DNA of 64,000 nucleotides from Mytilus trossulus (Eukaryota), in NCBI RefSeq assembly GCF_036588685.1, contig NC_086373.1:23746001-23810000 (forward strand), written 5' to 3'. Shown piece by piece: positions 58,601 to 64,000 of this stretch (its first letter is position 1; each line of letters opens with the position of its first letter). Made by a program: the position numbers and the translations under genes. Under the pieces are notes generated by a model. That model was not told the DNA's origin and did not search any database. It was given only the letters and a program-made list of their open reading frames with translations.

Positions 58601-61600
58601 ATTGTATTTTTCAGTTGCGTTTTGTTCAATATGAAAGTTAAAGGTTGATATTCTATTGATGATAGTTACAGAAGTTAACTCTATTTCGAATCATTATGCC
58701 TAAAAAACGAAACCGAATGGAAAACAACTGTCATAGATCTGACTTGGCACAGACAATTTATAGAAATGTTATGTATTATAAACGCTATAAGTTTTAATAT
58801 TTAGTATTTGAGTAGATTAATCAATTTATGGATATAAATGATACGTCGTTTAGAACTACATAAAGTTAAATATGAAAAAAATGTATCTACGTCAACTTAT
58901 ATCAGAAAGTTTACTCAATTATTATTTTGCAGCATTTAACGAGAACATCAAGAAAAATGGTGGATTTTCCTTGACAATGCAGCAGTTTTATGGAATGTTT
59001 GTAAAGAAAATGATTCAGACATGGAGAAACCGTGTGGTAACCTTAGTGCAACTGGTGATGCCGGTTCTTTTTACTATCTTTGGATTGCTCGTCGTGGAAT
59101 CCTCACCGGGTAATACCGCAGATCCTGCCTTAGCTTTGGAGTTATCTTCTTTTGGTTCCGGTTTAACAGCTATTTGGGATGATGGCACTGCAACCACAGG
59201 TGTTGAATTCGACATTGCCAGTAGATATGCAACTTCTATAACTAGCAGCGGTAATACCGCTTTAGATGCCAACGCTCCATCCAATATCAGTACATACCTT
59301 ATGGATAAAGCTGGTACCGTGGGATTATCAACATTCAACACAAAATATATGATAGGCGCTTACCTTGCAACAAGTAACAGTTGGGTAGCCTATTTTAATG
59401 GCGAGCCGTTCCATGCACCTGCAATTTCTTTAGCATATATGATGGATGCAATTTTCAAATACGCTATGAGCAGTAATACATATTCTATCAAAACAACAAA
59501 CTCGCCTTTTAAACTTACAGTAGATGAGAATGAACGAGCTAACTTCTTTACATATATTGGAACAGCCTTTTCACTTGCCTTTCAGATTATGTTCGGAATG
59601 GCGTTTTTGACAGCCACTTTTATCATTTTCCTAATCAAAGAACGATCATCTGGAGCAAAGCATATCCAGAAAGTTAGCGGAGTTGGTTCTTTTGCTTTCT
59701 GGGCATCAAATTTTCTATGGGATTTGATCAATTATCTTATTCCAGTTCTGCTGATATTGATTGTTTTTGCAGCATTTCAAACAGAGGCTTTTGTGGATGA
59801 CGGTCGCCTAGGGATTGTTTTCCTTATATTTTTATTATATGCCTGGAGTTTCCTTCCATTCACGTATACTTTCAGCTTTTTTTTCTCATCAGCTCCATCT
59901 GGAATGGTTGCTATGACTATGCTGAATATCATTATTGGTAAGCAAAGATTTTAAAAATATCTATATATACAAGTCTATATAAGTCTAAATTGAAAACAAC
60001 GTTAAAACGTATGATTGCTTTGGACAAAAACCGCAAAGATGGTTAACCAGAAACATGAGGTGCAAAACTAGTACACCATATCCGGATTTCGACAATTAAT
60101 GTCTCTTCAGTGATGTTAGGGATGGAAACGGTATTTCAGAAGGCCATATAATTTACCTTAATTTAGGATAGACTCTAGAATTTTAAAGAGTTGAAATATG
60201 ATGAACGAATTATATAAACCGGAGTAGAAATATAAAACAAGCCCATTCGAAAAAATATAAACAAGTCTAAATTGGAAACAACATTCGAACCTATCATTGG
60301 GTTGGATAACTGTGCATCTAAAACAAAATTCGTGGAAAAGGGTCTAAATACAGCACAAACAACATTTTCCAAAAAACTAAAAAGCGGAAAAAGTATATTT
60401 TAACAAAACGCATTGAACTATTATATCTACAAGATTAATAGTATAAAATGCATATAGCATTTTCATATCTGTGATAAGATTCTTAATTATTGTATCAGAC
60501 TTCGGCTTAAATTTATTGGCTATTCTGTAATATATTAGTATTTTTTCACAGTGGTTAGTCTTTTTTTTTTATTGTTGAAGAAAATAGAAGTGTTGGCGTA
60601 AAACTGTTTATATCCTGTGTACAGTTCATTTTTTATATTTTATCCCATACTAGTAGATTTATCAACCTTAACATTTTTTTTAAATGAGGAAGTTTTTAAG
60701 CTTGATAGTCTAAATTAAACGACACAGCTCATTATAAATTCAAAAGAAAATAAACCCACATCATATGTAGATCAACTTGCAAGTGAACAATTATAAGTAC
60801 AAAGATTCATTATGTAAACTATTACCACGCAAAATAAGAATGTCTAACCATAGCTGAAAAGACATGGACATTTGTTTTCTTTTTTGATTATGTACTTGTT
60901 AATAAAACATCAAAACTTTTCCAGGTCTTGCTACACTGATTGCAGTATTTGTCCTCAAAATACCCGGATTTAATACATACAATATTGGTAGCTCCTTAGA
61001 CCTTGCATTCGCCATGTTGTTTCCTAACTACTGCATGGGAACTTCATTAATGAGCATGTATGTCAACTGGGGATATACCAAAGCATGTACTGAAAGTGGA
61101 TATCCAGCATCCTGCCAGTCAAGTAAGTCTAGATGTGGTTTATAATTATTATCATGGGAACGGAAAGTGAACACATTTTATTATATATGTGTAAATAAAC
61201 ATCGTCTGGCATAAGTTATGTCTACTACATTATCACCAGCCCACTAGTCAGCACTTTATTGACTTAAATTAGCATGAGTATGGTATTGATACAGGACAAT
61301 AACTTTGAATTTTGGGATCCTCAATTTCGTACTTTATTTGGCCTATTTAACATTTTGTGTAGACGAAATGCACGTCTGGTGCATATTATTTTGATCCTGG
61401 TACCTAAAAAAATATGTGTTTGGTTCAAATAAATGGTCAATATGTCAAATGTATAAATGTCCATATGATGGGATTCAGCTGATCATGACCTTATTTTGGA
61501 AAGTTCGAGTTCTAGGTCAACTTAAGGTTTATGACCCCTTCTGTGGACATTTTTGTACGATTTTTTTAAACTTCAATTGTATCAAAACTACAGATATAAT

Positions 61601-63471
61601 GAATAATAGAGATAGGCCATTTTGTACATATACCAAGGGAAAGTTGATGCAAAACATTTTTATTTACTGTGTCATTGCATTAAATAAAAAAAAGAGTACG
61701 TTGTGGCAAATAAACCAAGATTTTTATAGAATATCCACAGCCTTTAACAGCCAGAGATTTTTGTTACAAAATTTGAAACATAGATTACTCACTTGCTTTT
61801 CTATGATGTGCTAGTGTTTATTTTTTACAAAAAGTTCTAACCAACCTGTTTATTTCATAATACCTCGTGCTGAGTTACTTAAGTCGAGTTCACCCTTAAA
61901 GGTGTACTTGATTTGGTCCACATTTTTATTTGTTTTGACCGCGAATAATTACATTAATAAACTTGTTTTAAGGAAATCAATGCTAGCACTGCATGCTATA
62001 ATCATATATGTATCGGTCATCAAATTGCCAAATATGAGAGTACAAGGATAAAGGCTGTGGATTTTCTATAAAATTTCCATATGTTTAGCATTGAATCAAC
62101 ACTAGGGTACATAATCCTCAATTTGTAAAATACACTTATTGCAACTATAACTGATTTACAGATGTCACCTAGTCTTTACCATTGCTAATTTTCATTACTC
62201 ATCGTTACGTTTTCTTCGTTCACTTGACTCATCGAATACCTTTATTCCAAGAAACTATGTTATATTATCTCTAAAAGAAAGAAACCCGAACTCATGGGCT
62301 TCTACTCGATGTGCGGTTGTAGCAAAATATTTTATTAGGTTATAAAAGAGGGACGAAAGATACCAAAGGGACAGTCAAACTCATAAATCTAAAAGAAACT
62401 GACAACGCCATGGCTTAAAATGAAATAGATAAACAGACTAACAATAGTACATATGACACAACATAGAAAACTAAAGAATAAACAACACAAACCACCCCAA
62501 AAACAAGGGGTGATCTCAGGTGCTCCGGAAGGGTTAGCAGTTCCTGCTCCTCATGATAATAAATTATGTTGTTAATTCTTGTTTCTGAAAAACAAACCTT
62601 TTCTAAAAAAAATATATACATTATAAAATAACAAGGAGCCTAAACCGGTAATAATTGCGATCCAAAATAGAGAATTGAATCTTTTTATACATTTAAATTA
62701 TCTGTTTTGAATAACTTGAACTTATTTTAATAACTCGTTTCTCTTTAACCTTCCTACAGGCTGTGATCCGAATGGCGGTGATATATGCTTCCCAAACTCT
62801 TCTAACTATCTCGACATTACATATCCAGGAGTTGGTCTTTACATATTGTTCCTAGTTGCACAAGGAGTTGTTTACTTTGCTATTCTGTTTATGATTGAAA
62901 ATGATGTATTCAGTAAATGCAAATACAAAGTCAACAATGGAAGTAGTACATCGGTCTCAGATTTACCATCGGATGAAGCCTCTATTGAAGGAAAACAAGA
63001 AGATAATGATGTCGCCGAGGAAAAACATAGAATAAATTCTAATTCTGTCACTCATTTAATGGAAACAGATTCTGTTATTGTCAAGAACCTTACGAAATAT
63101 TATGGTAGGTTTCATGCAGTCGATGGTATCAGTTTTGGAATTGCACCTAACGAATGTTTTGGACTGTTGGGACAAAATGGTGCCGGAAAAACCTCCACAT
63201 TCAAAATGTTGACCGGAGATGTTCCGCTTACAAAGGGTAATGCCTTCATGAATAAATATGATATAAAACAACATATGAGACAAGTTCAACAAAATCTTGG
63301 TTACTGTCCTCAGTTTGATGCTCTCATTGATCAGATGACAGGAAGGGAAACTTTGTATATGTATGCTCGGCTGCGTGGAGTTCAAGAGAACCAAATTAAA
63401 GGTGTGGTTAATGATATAATGGATGTGATGATGTTGAAGAAATACGCCGATCGGGAGTGTGGTACTTACAG
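40358..63471 (+). CDS. ABCA3: ABC transporter subfamily A, ABCA3-like lipid transporter; 16 coding exons in window, C-terminus outside window
   Basis: N-terminus [21 protein letters not shown] resembles ABCA3. EKE-x-KLKESMKLMG motif. NBD1 has [28 protein letters not shown] and [11 protein letters not shown] motif; TMD2 with [12 protein letters not shown]; NBD2 has GQNGAGKT and YCPQFDAL. All introns GT-AG and in phase. Exact orthology needs a phylogeny. Confidence 0.93.
40864..41110. repeat. Interspersed repeat family D (retroposon 3'-end-like)
   Basis: Inverted copy at 62342-62555; decayed copy at ~52605-52790. Confidence 0.7.
41505..41744 (+). CDS. ABCA3: ABCA3-like exon 2 (ECD1; ...WRTDRTFP...GGEP)
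   Basis: ttccag acceptor, GTATGT donor. Confidence 0.9.
42518..42783 (+). CDS. ABCA3: ABCA3-like exon 3 (GFLYIQ...[10 protein letters not shown])
   Basis: tcacag acceptor, GTGAGT donor. Confidence 0.92.
44862..45050. repeat. Tandem duplication, period 98 bp
   Basis: tatacatgtcagaatgtagaatggcaatc... at 44863 and 44961. Confidence 0.85.
46355..46376. repeat. (TA)n microsatellite
   Basis: About 11 TA units. Confidence 0.9.
46541..46705 (+). mobile_element. Decayed tRNA-derived SINE (5' part)
   Basis: A box TGGTCGAGTGG and B box GAGTTCGAAC; similar to the 57811 copy. Confidence 0.55.
50078..50312 (+). CDS. ABCA3: ABCA3-like exon 4 (ESMKLMGM...STFFQR)
   Basis: tttcag acceptor, GTAATG donor. 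Confidence 0.92.
50700..50879 (+). CDS. ABCA3: ABCA3-like exon 5 ([18 protein letters not shown]...YEGT)
   Basis: attcag acceptor, GTACAT donor. Confidence 0.9.
51383..51564 (+). CDS. ABCA3: ABCA3-like exon 6 (GLQWTN...[15 protein letters not shown])
   Basis: tttcag acceptor, GTAAGT donor. Confidence 0.92.
51836..51872 (+). pseudogene. Inactivated hammerhead motif remnant
   Basis: gttacga GTCT tttt AGAC caaa cttgcg TC tggcgt: stem II intact, both core boxes mutated. Confidence 0.45.
52169..52303 (+). CDS. ABCA3: ABCA3-like exon 7 (KTYWCG...[19 protein letters not shown])
   Basis: ttgtag acceptor, GTACGT donor. Confidence 0.92.
52999..53128 (+). CDS. ABCA3: ABCA3-like exon 8 (NBD1 Walker A GHNGAGKT)
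   Basis: tttcag acceptor, GTGAGT donor. Confidence 0.94.
53358..53512 (+). CDS. ABCA3: ABCA3-like exon 9 (Q-loop [12 protein letters not shown])
   Basis: tttcag acceptor, GTAACC donor. Confidence 0.94.
53966..54375. repeat. Family C copy
   Basis: AATAAAGGCAACAGTAGTATATCGC terminus; core TCCTGACTTGGTACAGGA at 54305. Confidence 0.75.
54738..54893 (+). CDS. ABCA3: ABCA3-like exon 10 (signature [10 protein letters not shown])
   Basis: taacag acceptor, GTAGGA donor. Confidence 0.94.
55212..56165. repeat. Family C-related copy whose terminal segment is amplified into a 76-bp minisatellite (9-10 units, ~55220-55930)
   Basis: GCAACAG anchors at 55220 then every 76 bp from 55293 to 55901; element body continues to ~56165. 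Confidence 0.9.
56347..56557 (+). CDS. ABCA3: ABCA3-like exon 11 (Walker [15 protein letters not shown]-loop TTHFMDEAD)
   Basis: tgctag acceptor, GTACGT donor. Confidence 0.94.
56934..57183 (+). CDS. ABCA3: ABCA3-like exon 12 (regulatory domain, GAGYHL...TTMEEVFL)
   Basis: ttaaag acceptor, GTAAGT donor. Confidence 0.92.
57811..58050 (+). mobile_element. Decayed near-full-length tRNA-derived SINE
   Basis: A box TGGCCAAGTGG, B-box-like cagttctaaccc, core tttctcggggtattccgacttcctccccaataaaa, (ATCA)-like tail. Confidence 0.55.
58089..58357 (+). CDS. ABCA3: ABCA3-like exon 13 (acidic/Asn-rich linker [11 protein letters not shown]...NGTYN)
   Basis: ttaaag acceptor, GTACGT donor; its phases (2 in, 1 out) are required to join exons 12 and 14. 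Confidence 0.82.
58933..59937 (+). CDS. ABCA3: ABCA3-like exon 14 (1005 nt; ECD2 and TMD2)
   Basis: ttgcag acceptor, GTAAGC donor; [14 protein letters not shown] and [12 protein letters not shown] motifs. Confidence 0.94.
60073..60116 (-). ncRNA. Minimal type I hammerhead ribozyme (Penelope-like element/retrozyme type)
   Basis: Minus strand reads ACAUCA CUGAAGA GACA-uuaau-UGUC GAAA UCCGGA UA/ UGGUGU: intact core, 6-bp stem I (one G-U), 4-bp stem II, palindromic mini stem III, AUA cleavage triplet. Confidence 0.75.
60925..61122 (+). CDS. ABCA3: ABCA3-like exon 15 ([10 protein letters not shown]...FPNYCMG...)
   Basis: ttccag acceptor, GTAAGT donor. Confidence 0.9.
61190..61405 (+). mobile_element. 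Decayed retrozyme/PLE-associated repeat retaining the 3' half of a hammerhead (AGAC GAAA TGCACG TC TGGTG at ~61361-61381)
   Basis: GAAA-stem III-UC-stem I strand present, CUGANGA half missing; a second degenerate ...CGTCTGGC copy at ~61204. Confidence 0.5.
62342..62555. repeat. Family D copy (inverted relative to 40864-41110)
   Basis: aaaagagggacgaaagataccaaagggacagtcaaa...gtgctccggaagggttagcagttcctgctcc. Confidence 0.7.
62760..63471 (+). CDS. ABCA3: ABCA3-like exon 16 (last TM and NBD2 up to the signature, ...CGTY)
   Basis: ctacag acceptor, GTAAAT donor; GQNGAGKT and YCPQFDAL motifs. Confidence 0.94.
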
Positions 63472-64000
63472 GTAAATGCATAATTATACACAAATTATAC
63501 GAAAACTGCTTCACAAATTTCTTTAGATTAGTAAAACCAAGTCGTATTCCTGACTTGGTATTGGCATTTTCCGGAGTGTTACACCTGGTTTTAGAGCTAA
63601 CTACACCCAACTTGCATGACAGTTGTTTATAGTCCATTATATTGACAAAATTTGGGGAACAACCCAAACAAACATACTTGGTTAATGTAGGCAACAATTA
63701 GGATTCAATGGCCGAAATTGTTTAAACATAAACCAAAGGCATGCAACTCAACTGACTAAAAAAATCATACAAACAAACAAATAAGTCTGACAAAGACGCC
63801 AACATAAAAAAAAAGTTTGTTGAAAGTCAATTTGAAGAAGACCTCAACAAGATATTTTTACCTAATAAATACATTATATAGTATACACTTTCTGGTTAGA
63901 ATCAAAACTTGAATGAAATGATAAAAAAAATTAACGGATCAATTTCAAGTTTTTGTGATACTTATAAAACGATCTCGATTTCAACTACTTTACACACATA

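Noticed and set aside
59015-63697. Antisense ORFs 59015-59341 and 63056-63697 (213 aa)
   Set aside because: Shadow frames opposite ABCA exons 14 and 16, with no recognisable motifs

Overview
AT-rich, intron-rich eukaryotic (animal) genomic DNA. The repeat content suggests a bivalve mollusc such as Mytilus, which is an inference. Two spliced genes sit head-to-head. MON2 (minus strand) starts at ATG 26793 and has 17 coding exons traced with GT-AG sites and consistent phases, running off the window start. An ABCA3-like full ABC transporter (plus strand) starts at ATG 40358 and has 16 coding exons traced through TMD1-NBD1-TMD2 into NBD2, running off the window end. Introns and the 13.5-kb spacer are dense with non-autonomous elements: Helentron-associated HINEs carrying satellite-like arrays; TTAA-, TA-, TAA-, 7-bp- and 8-bp-TSD MITEs; SINE fragments; and minisatellites. 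Most short ORFs in the supplied track are spurious or exon read-throughs. Most notable observations: (1) an apparently intact minimal type I hammerhead ribozyme antisense in an ABCA intron, with core-damaged hammerhead/retrozyme remnants on the sense strand; (2) a tandem array built from the 3' end and splice donor of MON2 exon 6, which creates out-of-frame decoy donors; (3) nested and minimal transposons. I found no evidence for a new multi-gene system.
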